From: an uncultured bacterium
Lineage (GTDB): Bacteria > Patescibacteriota > Minisyncoccia > UBA6257 > 2-01-FULL-56-20
DNA length: 64,000 bases
NCBI GenBank assembly: GCA_963705915.1
Contig: OY970126.1
Span: 10,035 to 74,034 of the forward strand
Direction of reading: 5' to 3'
This document shows, piece after piece, positions 54,261 through 62,956 of this stretch (position 1 is its first letter; each line of letters starts with the position of its first letter). A model generated the notes under the pieces. The model had not been told where the DNA came from. It made no database searches and worked only from the letters and a program-made list of their open reading frames with translations. The position numbers and the translations under genes are program-made.

Positions 54261-54752
54261 ATGGCAAATATCAGAGTGATGTGGTTCCGTTATGCTGGCG
54301 TTGATAGCATCACGCCCGAGTTGCTGGCGAAGTATTCAGGAACGTACACCATCGCGCGCGATATGGGCGCATGCAAACACGTTGGTCGCGACACCGAGTA
54401 TTACACCTTGGAATTCGCGCCGACGCCGCACGTTGACCTGCTGCTTGTTACTCGACAAATCATCGAGGACATTCGCTATCAAGCGCATCCGATGTCGGGA
54501 TTCGGTCACGTGGAACCGTTCCGTAAGTTCGTGCCTTCCAAAGAGGAAGAGACGGGAATTGATCAGATGAACGAAACGTTGACCGCGCTCGACAACACGC
54601 TCGACAGCCTGAAAGAATCCGAAGGCTGGCGCAAACGTGCGAAAGAGTCAGTAAAGATCTCGGCGCAAACTCTGAAAGAGACCCGTTCGATTTTCGGGAG
54701 CAAAGCGATTGCGAGCGTTCGTCGCAGCCTCGAAGCGATTGCCGCAAATTAG
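54261..54752 (+). CDS. Hypothetical protein
   Basis: Start taken at MANIRV, 9 nt after the AAGGAGG SD. The track ORF starts at GTG 54252. Confidence 0.5.
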   Translation: MANIRVMWFRYAGVDSITPELLAKYSGTYTIARDMGACKHVGRDTEYYTLEFAPTPHVDLLLVTRQIIEDIRYQAHPMSGFGHVEPFRKFVPSKEEETGIDQMNETLTALDNTLDSLKESEGWRKRAKESVKISAQTLKETRSIFGSKAIASVRRSLEAIAAN

Positions 54753-54872
54753 ATTCATACCCTTCATACCGAGGGATCTCGTACAGATCCCTCTCCCACT
54801 AAAGTATTTTCAACGAGAATTCTTTAGCGGGAGAAATCCCGATAGTTCTTCAAAACTTCAGAGGAGGATGTT

Positions 54873-55298
54873 ATGAGATATGTTTTTGCGGTACTGGTGC
54901 TGATCGCCTGCGTCTACACAATCGTGATGTTGCCAAAAGATATGCGTCGCACAGAAGAAAACAAGGCAACCGAGGTTCGCGTGGCAGCCGAAAAGGCCGC
55001 TGCTCAGGAGCAGTTCGAGAAGGACATCATCTCTGCAGAGAAACTAACCCGCCCATCCTGTTCCGAAACGCTCGTCGTGGTCGTTTGGCCTCCGGCGAAT
55101 CTCCCAGAAGCAAAACCACGGGTTGTCATCGCAGGCTACAACGTCGAGGACTTCAACTCGATGAGCGTCAATTTCCACAAAAATCATGACGGCGGATTCG
55201 AATTGAGAGCCAACGGCGGCGAGGTGAGTAACAAACTGCCTGTCGATGGAAAATTCTGCCGGACAGAGGCGGAGTACCAACTCAAACATCCCAGGTAG
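54873..55298 (+). CDS. Membrane-anchored hypothetical protein
   Basis: N-terminal TM helix. AGAGGAGG SD. Confidence 0.5.
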   Translation: MRYVFAVLVLIACVYTIVMLPKDMRRTEENKATEVRVAAEKAAAQEQFEKDIISAEKLTRPSCSETLVVVVWPPANLPEAKPRVVIAGYNVEDFNSMSVNFHKNHDGGFELRANGGEVSNKLPVDGKFCRTEAEYQLKHPR

Positions 55299-55325
55299 AA
55301 CATAATTCTCTAGTAGCCAACAACG

Positions 55326-55367
55326 GCGACCCAATTCATATTTTGTATGGGCCGCCGTTTTCTTTTA
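55326..55367 (+). terminator. Rho-independent terminator (CGGCGACCCA..TGGGCCGCCG plus TTTTCTTTT)
   Basis: Hairpin and U-run directly before B copy 9. Confidence 0.65.
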
Positions 55368-55395
55368 CTCCGGCGAGTGGAGGATGTTAGAACCT
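55368..55395 (+). repeat. Repeat B copy 9 (ACTCCGGCGAGTGGAGGATGTTAGAACC)
   Basis: Last copy. Lies between convergent genes. Confidence 0.8.
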
Positions 55396-55482
55396 ATTAT
55401 GTGAAAATAGAAAAATGTCCAGAAATAGTGAGGGCCACGCGATCTTTGGCGTGGCCCCTGTGGTTAATTGGCTATGAAACAA

Positions 55483-56322
55483 CTACTCGGAGGAGGGGCG
55501 CATCACCCAGATTTCTTGTGTCTGGATTTCTTCCGCAACCTCTGAACTAAAAACTGTGCAGTGGATACCCGGCGTGAAATCGATCTGCCGATGCCTTTCG
55601 ACACGAAAGCCAACGTTCTCAAAAAAATGCTGTGCATCTTGGAAATCTTCGAAAAGGTTGTCGTTCATGTTGCGTCCAGTCGTCGTCGCGATTTGCTTCT
55701 GCGCTGGACTACTCGCCATCCTTTTCTCATGATGCTCTTTGATAAGAATGTCTGGAGTGATCCAAACCCCCGAAAAAAGGTTGAGTACCCCAGCAATGCT
55801 TCCGGCCAACTCCCGTTTTTCGTCATTGTTGAGGTACGGCATAAGACCTTCGTGAATGATGGCAACGGGCGCTGTTTTGAAACGAGCAGTAGCCGATTGT
55901 AGTTCGCCCTGCTCCAAGGCGTTAGCGGAAGCGAAGTGGTAGTTCGGCCGCTTCTTTGTTCCGAGCAGTTCCGAAACGATCTCCTGTTTTTCTGCGAGCA
56001 TTCCCGGTAGGTCGGTTTCGACAAATGTGATCTCTGGATTTTCAGTCAAGATCAACCCACGAGGAGAAAGTCCCGAAGCAATTTCAAGCACTTGATTAAC
56101 CCCGACGTGAGGCAGGATGCCGCTCAATGATTTGAAGCGTAGTTCTGCGAGAGGTGCCCTTTTGAGCGCCGCTTCCATGTTGCCGTTGAAGTACGTTTTT
56201 GCGATCGCTTCGGCGTCGCACATGGTGGCGATTTCTCGAGAGTAGGGGATGTCCGACATTGCCCGCATGAAAGCCACGAGCTTTGCGGTTGGACTGATTT
56301 GATGAAAATCGTGTTCGTTCAT
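55483..56322 (-). CDS. Class I SAM-dependent methyltransferase (leucine carboxyl / TcmP-like family)
   Basis: Start taken at MNEHDF, which has a GGAGAA SD. ISPTAKLVAFMRA N-terminal family signature. Confidence 0.65.
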   Translation of the reverse strand: MNEHDFHQISPTAKLVAFMRAMSDIPYSREIATMCDAEAIAKTYFNGNMEAALKRAPLAELRFKSLSGILPHVGVNQVLEIASGLSPRGLILTENPEITFVETDLPGMLAEKQEIVSELLGTKKRPNYHFASANALEQGELQSATARFKTAPVAIIHEGLMPYLNNDEKRELAGSIAGVLNLFSGVWITPDILIKEHHEKRMASSPAQKQIATTTGRNMNDNLFEDFQDAQHFFENVGFRVERHRQIDFTPGIHCTVFSSEVAEEIQTQEIWVMRPSSE

Positions 56323-56369
56323 TTGTTCTCCAGTTAGTGGGATGAGTTGGATGAATGATAACATCCAAA

Positions 56370-56398
56370 ATTGACAAATCGGTTCTGCGGATGTTATA
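56370..56398 (+). promoter_or_regulatory. Promoter: -35 TTGACA, 17-nt spacer, -10 TTATAA(C), for the 56457 gene
   Basis: Hexamers in the divergent intergenic region. Confidence 0.45.
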
Positions 56399-56456
56399 AC
56401 ATAGCCAGCAGTTAGCGTCAATTCAATCGTGGCAGGAAGCCACAAGGAGATGCGTT

Positions 56457-57038
56457 ATGAAGTTCAATATCGTTCTGATGTGCACCGGCCTTGGCCTCCT
56501 CGCCATGGCCTTGTATCGGATGGGCGCGATTAAGATCGACCGAAAGTTCATGGTGGATCTCTTGCCGCTCATCATCGTGACTGCCGTGCTTGCTGGATGC
56601 GCCTATCGAATCGGCGGATCAAAACTTGCTAACGATGGAGCGATCCTTTCAGCAAAGATGATCGCCGCCTATGCACCGCTTCTCACCGTGATGTTTCTTG
56701 CGATGGGTGAGGCGACAGCGATCATCAATCTTTACCGGCCAGCTCTGCTCGCGTACCTCGCAGGCAAGCAAGGTGTCTTCGGCGCACTGGCCGCAGCACA
56801 CCTCATTCCGGGAAGTTTGACGAGTATGCCGATCGTGCGTGAGCTGTGGGATGCGGGAGCCAATCCCGTGCCGTTGCTCACGTTCGTGACGACTTCAACA
56901 CTTGTCGGATGGCAGATCGCCATGGTTCGTCAGCCGATTCTCGGTTGGCGGCTCACATTCATCACGTATTGCCTTGGAGAACTTGCGGCGCTCTCTATCA
57001 CAGGCGTCGGTTGGGTTCTCATGACGGTTCGAGCTTGA
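56457..57038 (+). CDS. Integral membrane protein (6 TM), unknown family
   Basis: AAGGAG SD. Hydrophobic. Confidence 0.5.
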   Translation: MKFNIVLMCTGLGLLAMALYRMGAIKIDRKFMVDLLPLIIVTAVLAGCAYRIGGSKLANDGAILSAKMIAAYAPLLTVMFLAMGEATAIINLYRPALLAYLAGKQGVFGALAAAHLIPGSLTSMPIVRELWDAGANPVPLLTFVTTSTLVGWQIAMVRQPILGWRLTFITYCLGELAALSITGVGWVLMTVRA

Positions 57039-57054
57039 AATCAAAGGAGGCCAT

Positions 57055-57408
57055 ATGCCACCACCACTCATTGCTCACACCCGCGAGGAATTTATCACGA
57101 ATCTGATCTGCATTTTCGTGATTTTGCCCTTCGCGATCTTCTGTATGTTTCATCCACCCTCGACATGGGGCCCGCACATGGACCTGACGGCACTTTCCGG
57201 ACCGCAGGTGCTCGTGAGCGTTGAAAATGGAACAGCAAAATTCAAGGGCACCGACGGAGATGTAATCGTCCTTGAAATCGATACGCGCGGGCTCGAAGTT
57301 GGTGCGACGTATGCGGTGGAAGACCACCCCTTTCGGGGTACGTGGGGATTGCTCCACAACTACTCCTTAAAAAAGTTGCAAAATCCCATGAGCTTCACTG
57401 GTCCTTAG
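57055..57408 (+). CDS. Hypothetical protein with one TM helix
   Basis: AAAGGAGG SD. 117 aa. Confidence 0.45.
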   Translation: MPPPLIAHTREEFITNLICIFVILPFAIFCMFHPPSTWGPHMDLTALSGPQVLVSVENGTAKFKGTDGDVIVLEIDTRGLEVGATYAVEDHPFRGTWGLLHNYSLKKLQNPMSFTGP

Positions 57409-57478
57409 TCGAAAACTAGGACTTGCGTTGCTCGGCCGACCATGAATACGTGGCGGCCTTTTTTGCTAATTGGTTCGT

Positions 57479-58087
57479 TTAGATTTTTAGCCCCAGCTTT
57501 TTGAGGTCGGATTTAAGCTGTTCGTTGTTCTTGAAAAGAATCGGCGCGTAACCGATCTCCGCTGCTTTTTCCAAACTTTTGGCAGAATCGTCCACGAAGA
57601 CGACTTCTTTAGGGCGAACGTCCAGCTTCTTGAATGCAACCTCGAATGCCTCGCGGTGCGGTTTCTGATGGCCGATTTCGCCGGAGACCACAATCTCGTC
57701 CACGAGCTTTGCTATACCTTCGTTTTCCAATCGAGTCCGCAGTTCTGAGGTCGCATTGCTCAAAATGGCGACTTTCAATCCCTGGTTGCGCAGCACCGAA
57801 AACAGAGACAGGAGATCGGTGTTGATCCTGTTTCCCGCGCTATAGGTTTGTATAAATGTTCTGATGCGATCTTTTGTTGCCGCACTATCATCAAATACCC
57901 GCACGACTTCAATGATCATATCTTCCCATCTCACGTTGGTCACATTCGAAAGATGATTGTGTTCGTAATAAGCCTGTTGAAATTTATCGAACGGAACGTC
58001 GAGCATCCGGGCGATCTGCCTCAATATGTTCTCGCCGTCGTTTAACTGGATGACGCCGCCAAAATCAAAAATTACAGCTTTGATCAT
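57479..58087 (-). CDS. HAD-superfamily hydrolase (subfamily IA)
   Basis: Motif I VIFDFGGV, motif II ILSNAT and motif IV FVDDS. Confidence 0.8.
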   Translation of the reverse strand: MIKAVIFDFGGVIQLNDGENILRQIARMLDVPFDKFQQAYYEHNHLSNVTNVRWEDMIIEVVRVFDDSAATKDRIRTFIQTYSAGNRINTDLLSLFSVLRNQGLKVAILSNATSELRTRLENEGIAKLVDEIVVSGEIGHQKPHREAFEVAFKKLDVRPKEVVFVDDSAKSLEKAAEIGYAPILFKNNEQLKSDLKKLGLKI

Positions 58088-58815
58088 ATTGCAAAATCTA
58101 ATGTTACCGCCAAGTGGTCCGAGACCTCATCCGGCAGTACGGTGAAATCGTTGACCTTGATGCCCGGCGTTACGAGGACGTAGTCGGCATATCGGATCGG
58201 ACTTGTCTTATAGAGCGAGCTGCGGGTCGAGGTGATGTCGTGTTCTTTAATAAGGTTACGCATGCCATGTTCGAGAATTCTGATACTTTCGCCATCGGGA
58301 AGGAGGTTGAAATCGCCGCAGATAATTTTTTCGCCGGGGAAGGAGTCTAAAATCTTCCGAATGTGATGCGATTGCTCAATCCGTTCCGGCGTATCTTTCT
58401 TATGGGTATCCTTGATCCACATACCGTGGAAATTGCAGATGGCGAGCGGAGCATTGCCCGCTTGGATCGTCATAAACTGGGCTTTGGCGATCGCATTTTT
58501 CCGCCAATCGTGTCCGGCATCGGAAACGATGTTGAACATCTCGTCATACGAGAGGATGGGGATGCTCTCTTTAATAAAGATAGCGTTGCCGAAATTGATA
58601 TCCTTGCCGATGAAGCCGCTATAGTCGTAGCCCTTTGATTTTGGACTGTGGAAGGCGCGGTAGGACGTGAGAATTTCTGAGATGTCTTCATGCAAGCTCG
58701 CCCGCGCCCCATCGGCGATTTCCATATCAGCATTCGTGCTGAACACTTCTTGGAAGCAGAAGATGTCAATCTCACCATCGAGCCGCTCAATGAGCTTGAG
58801 GAGGGGACCATGCAC
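58084..58815 (-). CDS. Endonuclease/exonuclease/phosphatase (EEP) family protein
   Basis: DIFCFQEV, ICGDFN and SDHLAV motifs. Homology continues about 30 nt upstream of the first ATG with no canonical start codon. Confidence 0.65.
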   Translation of the reverse strand: MHGPLLKLIERLDGEIDIFCFQEVFSTNADMEIADGARASLHEDISEILTSYRAFHSPKSKGYDYSGFIGKDINFGNAIFIKESIPILSYDEMFNIVSDAGHDWRKNAIAKAQFMTIQAGNAPLAICNFHGMWIKDTHKKDTPERIEQSHHIRKILDSFPGEKIICGDFNLLPDGESIRILEHGMRNLIKEHDITSTRSSLYKTSPIRYADYVLVTPGIKVNDFTVLPDEVSDHLAVTLDFAI

Positions 58816-58922
58816 TTTGCCGCCCCACGTGTTGAGCGTCAGGAGTTTTATACGGCAATTATATCAGATTTCTTTGCTGAAATGGTTTGAAAAAGTTATT
58901 ATTGCCCTATATACCTATATAA

Positions 58923-59678
58923 ATGGAGAATTTTTTTGTAACGATAGCGCCTATTGTTGAAGAAGCAGGCAGGGAACTTGCGAGGGATTTTGGCAAGGTT
59001 GACGCGGTTTTGTATAAGACGGCCAATCAGGGTTCTGCCGTCACGGAACTTGATCGAAAGACGGAACGATTCCTTGCCGACCGGTTCCAGAAGCTTTATC
59101 CAGACATTGCGTTTTTCGGCGAGGAATTCGGTGGCAATAAAAACGCCGAGCGATTTTGGCTTGTCGATCCGATCGACGGCACGGGCAATTTCATTCGTGG
59201 CATTCCATTTGCAACGACGATGATTTCACTCGTGCAGAGCGGTCAGGTGACATTCTCGCTTATCTATAACTTCGTCACGAAAGAAATGTATTCGGCTGAA
59301 AAGGGTGGCGGAGCAAAGCTGAACGGCCAATCTATCCACGTAAGCAACCGTTCCGGAAGCCATGCGACTGTGGGCATGGAGACGCATCGGAATAAGAAGG
59401 AGAATCTCGATAAGTTTCTCCTCGTCAATTCAAAATACTCTATCATTACGACCCATAATTCCGGGTTTGAGCACTGCTTGGTCGCAAGTGGAAAAATTGA
59501 GGGGCGGATATGTCTCGATCCCCATGGGGAAGATTGGGATTACGCGCCGGGGAGTTTGCTTATTTCCGAAGCTGGAGGGATTGTGAGGAACATCGGCAGC
59601 GACTCCTATGATTTTCGGAACCACGATTTTATTGCTGCGAATCCGTTGGTGTACGAAGAATTGATCAAATTATTTTAG
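58923..59678 (+). CDS. Inositol monophosphatase family protein
   Basis: WLVDPIDGT and WDYAPG motifs. Confidence 0.8.
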   Translation: MENFFVTIAPIVEEAGRELARDFGKVDAVLYKTANQGSAVTELDRKTERFLADRFQKLYPDIAFFGEEFGGNKNAERFWLVDPIDGTGNFIRGIPFATTMISLVQSGQVTFSLIYNFVTKEMYSAEKGGGAKLNGQSIHVSNRSGSHATVGMETHRNKKENLDKFLLVNSKYSIITTHNSGFEHCLVASGKIEGRICLDPHGEDWDYAPGSLLISEAGGIVRNIGSDSYDFRNHDFIAANPLVYEELIKLF

Positions 59679-59681
59679 CCG

Positions 59682-61754
59682 ATGTCCTACGATCCAACGC
59701 AGCCACGACCGGCAACAAGGGAATCGGATTTCAAGGAAACGATTCACGGTACCGTGATCCGCGATCCCTATCGCTGGCTCGAAGGCGACGCTAAAGAGGT
59801 GAAACAGTGGACTGCAAGGCAGGACAGTTTCGCTCATGCGATGTTGTCGAAGCTACCCCAGCGCCGATGGTTCGAGAACCGTTTCGGCCAGTTATTTAAG
59901 ACCGGCTCAATCGGCGTCCCATATCCGAAGAATGGCTACTATTTCACCATGGATCGAAAACCCAATCAGGATTTGGGTGTGCTCTACGTCCAGAAGGGGT
60001 TGCATGGAAAGAAGCGGGTCCTTATTGATCAGAACAAGCTTTCCAAAAAAGGGACTACCACACTGCGGCAGTGGAGCGTGTCCGAAGATGCGACGCTCTT
60101 GGCATACACGCTTTCCGAAGCAAGTAACGATCAAAGTTCGGTGCATGTTCTCGATATCAGGACCGGCAAAAAATTAAAGGATTTCATCCCGTCCGAATTT
60201 TATCCTGCGATGCATAGCGGCATCTATTGGAATTCGGACGGAAGCGGATTCTGGTATTCGCGCCGACAGGGCAAGGCCGTGAAGGGCGAAGAGAAGTTTA
60301 ATCAAAAAGTGTTCTATCACAAACTCGGCGATGATTATCGAAAAGATAAAATTGTATTCGGCAAAGGCCTTGCCAAAGATCAGTTTCCATCTGCATCGGT
60401 ATCGGAAGACGGCAGATATCTCATTGTGTCGGTGGACATCATAACGGGCAAGATGCGCCACAATGATCTTTACCTAAAAGATTTGTGGGATCCAAAGGGC
60501 GCGTTCAAGACAGTCCTCAAGGGCATCGAAGCCGAGTTTGAACCAAGGATGCATCGCGATATGCTTTTCGTCACGACGAATTATAAAGCCCCAAATTGGA
60601 GGGTCATGGGCGTGCCGCTTGCTAGGGCAACCAAAGGAATAAAACATTGGAAAACGATCGTTCCGGAAAAACGTTTCCCGCACGACTACGTAAGCATTAT
60701 CAAAGACCGGATTTTTCTCCGCTACCTTGAGAACGCACACTCAATCATCCGCATCTTCGATCTGAAGGGTAAATTCATCGATACCATTTCGTTGCCATTG
60801 GGATCGACCGATTATGTTGTAGGGGATGACGAAGGTGATGAAGCATTTTTCGCTTTCACCTCATTTACGGTGCCAAAGCGCATCTATCGCTACGATCTTA
60901 CGAAAAAGAAATTGCAACTTATCAACGAGCTGAAGGTGAAAGGCGTTAATTTCAATAATTTTACAGCAGAACAAGTATGGTACAAGTCGAAAGACGGAAC
61001 CAAAGTGCCGATGTTCCTGGTCCACAAAAAAGGATTGAAGCGCACCGGAAAAAATCCGACACTGCTCTATGGTTATGGTGGGTTTAACAGCAGCATGACG
61101 CCGGGATATGGCGCAACGGTCATGGCGTTCTTGGAGAAAGGAGGTCTCTACGCGGAGCCGAATCTTCGAGGTGGCGGGGAGTTTGGCGAGAAGTGGCACG
61201 AAAGCGGTACAAAAGCCAAGAAGCAAAATGTGTTTGACGATTTCATCGCCGCTGCAGAATGGTTGATACAAAACAATTATACCGACTCGCAGCACCTCGC
61301 CGCATTCGGCTGGAGCAATGGCGGACTTCTTACGGGCGCGATGATCACGCAACGGCCCGAATTATTCAAAGTAGTTGCGGTGGGTGCCCCGGTGATTGAT
61401 ATGCTGCGTTATCACAAATTCCATGGGGGTAAATTTTGGATTCCCGAATATGGAAATCCTGACGACCCGAAAGCATTCAGATATCTTTTGAAATATAGCC
61501 CATATCATCGAGTGAAAGATGGCGTGAAGTATCCCGCAATACTGATCGTCACGGCGGAAGGCGACGATCGTGTGCATCCGGCGCATGCCTATAAATTCGC
61601 TGCGCGATTGCAGAAGGCGAGCGCTTCAGAAAATCCGATCATCATTACGATTGAGCGAAAAGCTGGTCACAGCGGCGGTGCATCCATCTCCAACTACGTG
61701 AGACAACGGGCGGACATTTATGGCTTCATTGCGTGGCAGTTAGGAATGAGATAA
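59682..61754 (+). CDS. Prolyl oligopeptidase (S9A serine peptidase)
   Basis: N-terminal beta-propeller. Catalytic GWSNGG. 690 aa. Confidence 0.85.
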   Translation: MSYDPTQPRPATRESDFKETIHGTVIRDPYRWLEGDAKEVKQWTARQDSFAHAMLSKLPQRRWFENRFGQLFKTGSIGVPYPKNGYYFTMDRKPNQDLGVLYVQKGLHGKKRVLIDQNKLSKKGTTTLRQWSVSEDATLLAYTLSEASNDQSSVHVLDIRTGKKLKDFIPSEFYPAMHSGIYWNSDGSGFWYSRRQGKAVKGEEKFNQKVFYHKLGDDYRKDKIVFGKGLAKDQFPSASVSEDGRYLIVSVDIITGKMRHNDLYLKDLWDPKGAFKTVLKGIEAEFEPRMHRDMLFVTTNYKAPNWRVMGVPLARATKGIKHWKTIVPEKRFPHDYVSIIKDRIFLRYLENAHSIIRIFDLKGKFIDTISLPLGSTDYVVGDDEGDEAFFAFTSFTVPKRIYRYDLTKKKLQLINELKVKGVNFNNFTAEQVWYKSKDGTKVPMFLVHKKGLKRTGKNPTLLYGYGGFNSSMTPGYGATVMAFLEKGGLYAEPNLRGGGEFGEKWHESGTKAKKQNVFDDFIAAAEWLIQNNYTDSQHLAAFGWSNGGLLTGAMITQRPELFKVVAVGAPVIDMLRYHKFHGGKFWIPEYGNPDDPKAFRYLLKYSPYHRVKDGVKYPAILIVTAEGDDRVHPAHAYKFAARLQKASASENPIIITIERKAGHSGGASISNYVRQRADIYGFIAWQLGMR

Positions 61755-61758
61755 GACT

Positions 61759-62316
61759 ATGAAAAACGTAATCATCATTCATGGTTGTTCGTCCGGACCC
61801 GAAGAAAGCAAAGAATATCCCGAAAACAAGCATTGGATGCCGTGGGTTCGGGGACAATTAGTCGCTCGCGGCATATCTGCTACAACGCCGCTTATGCCGG
61901 AGTCGTGGGCACCAGATTATGAACGATGGAAAGCGGAGTTTGAAAAGCAAGATATCAATGGAGAAACGACACTCATCGGGCATAGCTGCGGATGTGCGTT
62001 TTTGGTTCGCTGGCTCGGTGACGCGAAGCGACAAATCGATAAGCTTATTTTAATTGCTCCATGGAAAATCGGCACAACTAGCGAGGCAAAGAAAAAATTC
62101 TACGATTATCCGATAGACGAGACGATCAAACAGCGTGTAAGCAAAATTGTCATGTTCACTGCTGATAACGAAGAGCAAAACGGAAAGAAAAGTATGGAGA
62201 TGTTTAAAAACGCTCTTGGTGGCACAGTCATCGAACTGAAGGGGTGCGGACACTATACCTACGAAGACATGAAGACAGAGGAGTTTCCGGAATTACTAGC
62301 AGAGCTATTGTCGTAA
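61759..62316 (+). CDS. Alpha/beta serine hydrolase (YdeN/RBBP9-like)
   Basis: Nucleophile elbow GHSCG. 185 aa. Confidence 0.6.
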   Translation: MKNVIIIHGCSSGPEESKEYPENKHWMPWVRGQLVARGISATTPLMPESWAPDYERWKAEFEKQDINGETTLIGHSCGCAFLVRWLGDAKRQIDKLILIAPWKIGTTSEAKKKFYDYPIDETIKQRVSKIVMFTADNEEQNGKKSMEMFKNALGGTVIELKGCGHYTYEDMKTEEFPELLAELLS

Positions 62317-62329
62317 TATTTATACAATC

Positions 62330-62677
62330 ATGTCCTTGTTCACCGAAATCCTTCCGCAGCTTCCCGTCTGGCTCCTCGTCACCTTGAGCGCCTGCGGCGT
62401 TGTCTTCGGAGACTATAGTGCGAAAACGTGGTCAACGAACCCAAACCCGTTGTGGCTTGTTCTGGCATTTGCCGGATACCTCATGTCATCATTTTTCTAT
62501 ATCCCTTCATTATTAAAGGAAGGGCTCGTCGTAACGAGTATCTTATGGGATTTGCTTTCCCTCGTTGGCTTCCTCGTGATCGGCCTCATCATCTTCAAAG
62601 AAACGCTTACGCCATGGCAGACGGTAGGAGGCATATTCGGCGTAATAGCCCTCGTCATTCTTATGGCAGGTAAATAA
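62330..62677 (+). CDS. Small 4-TM DMT/SMR-like membrane transporter
   Basis: 115 aa with 4 TM helices. GDYSAK segment resembles the SMR TM1 region. Confidence 0.5.
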   Translation: MSLFTEILPQLPVWLLVTLSACGVVFGDYSAKTWSTNPNPLWLVLAFAGYLMSSFFYIPSLLKEGLVVTSILWDLLSLVGFLVIGLIIFKETLTPWQTVGGIFGVIALVILMAGK

Positions 62678-62719
62678 ACATATTCGAAACGTCCGTCGCT
62701 TATGCGGGAAAAATAAGAG

Positions 62720-62745
62720 GCCGCTGGGTTTGATTCCAGCGGCCA
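62720..62745. terminator. Hairpin GGCCGCTGG..CCAGCGGCC
   Basis: On the minus strand it is followed by TCTTATTTTT. Confidence 0.4.
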
Positions 62746-62749
62746 AGGA

Positions 62750-62947
62750 TTAATCGAGGCGGCGAAGAAATTCGAGAGTTTCCTCTTGGTATTCGTCAGC
62801 TTCTTGTCGAGCGATCTGGACGATGTCACCGGGCCCAAGACCACCGGGATCTCTGCTCAGTTCTTCAATGCGCCTGGTTCTCATTTCCGTGGCTCTCCGC
62901 ACGACTTGTTGTTCATCGCTTTCCCGCATGGCTTCACCTTCCTTCAA
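62750..62947 (-). CDS. Hypothetical small charged protein; may be spurious, antisense to the open frame leading into the recombinase
   Basis: 65 aa. Terminator-like hairpin downstream. Confidence 0.25.
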   Translation of the reverse strand: MKEGEAMRESDEQQVVRRATEMRTRRIEELSRDPGGLGPGDIVQIARQEADEYQEETLEFLRRLD

Positions 62948-62956
62948 GGGTTCCTA

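Noticed and set aside
48457-55395. CRISPR array interpretation of the 28-bp direct repeats
   Set aside because: Spacing is irregular (about 440-1750 bp). Complete genes with promoters and terminators lie between copies. Several copies are degenerate. No cas genes are present.
48398-55482. Classical integron with IntI
   Set aside because: No tyrosine-recombinase ORF and no attI/Pc arrangement is visible in or next to the island. Only an attC-less CALIN-like interpretation remains possible.
55483-56445. N-terminal extension of the methyltransferase to 56445
   Set aside because: It would overlap the divergent promoter. The internal Met at 56322 has a GGAGAA SD and matches the family N-terminus.
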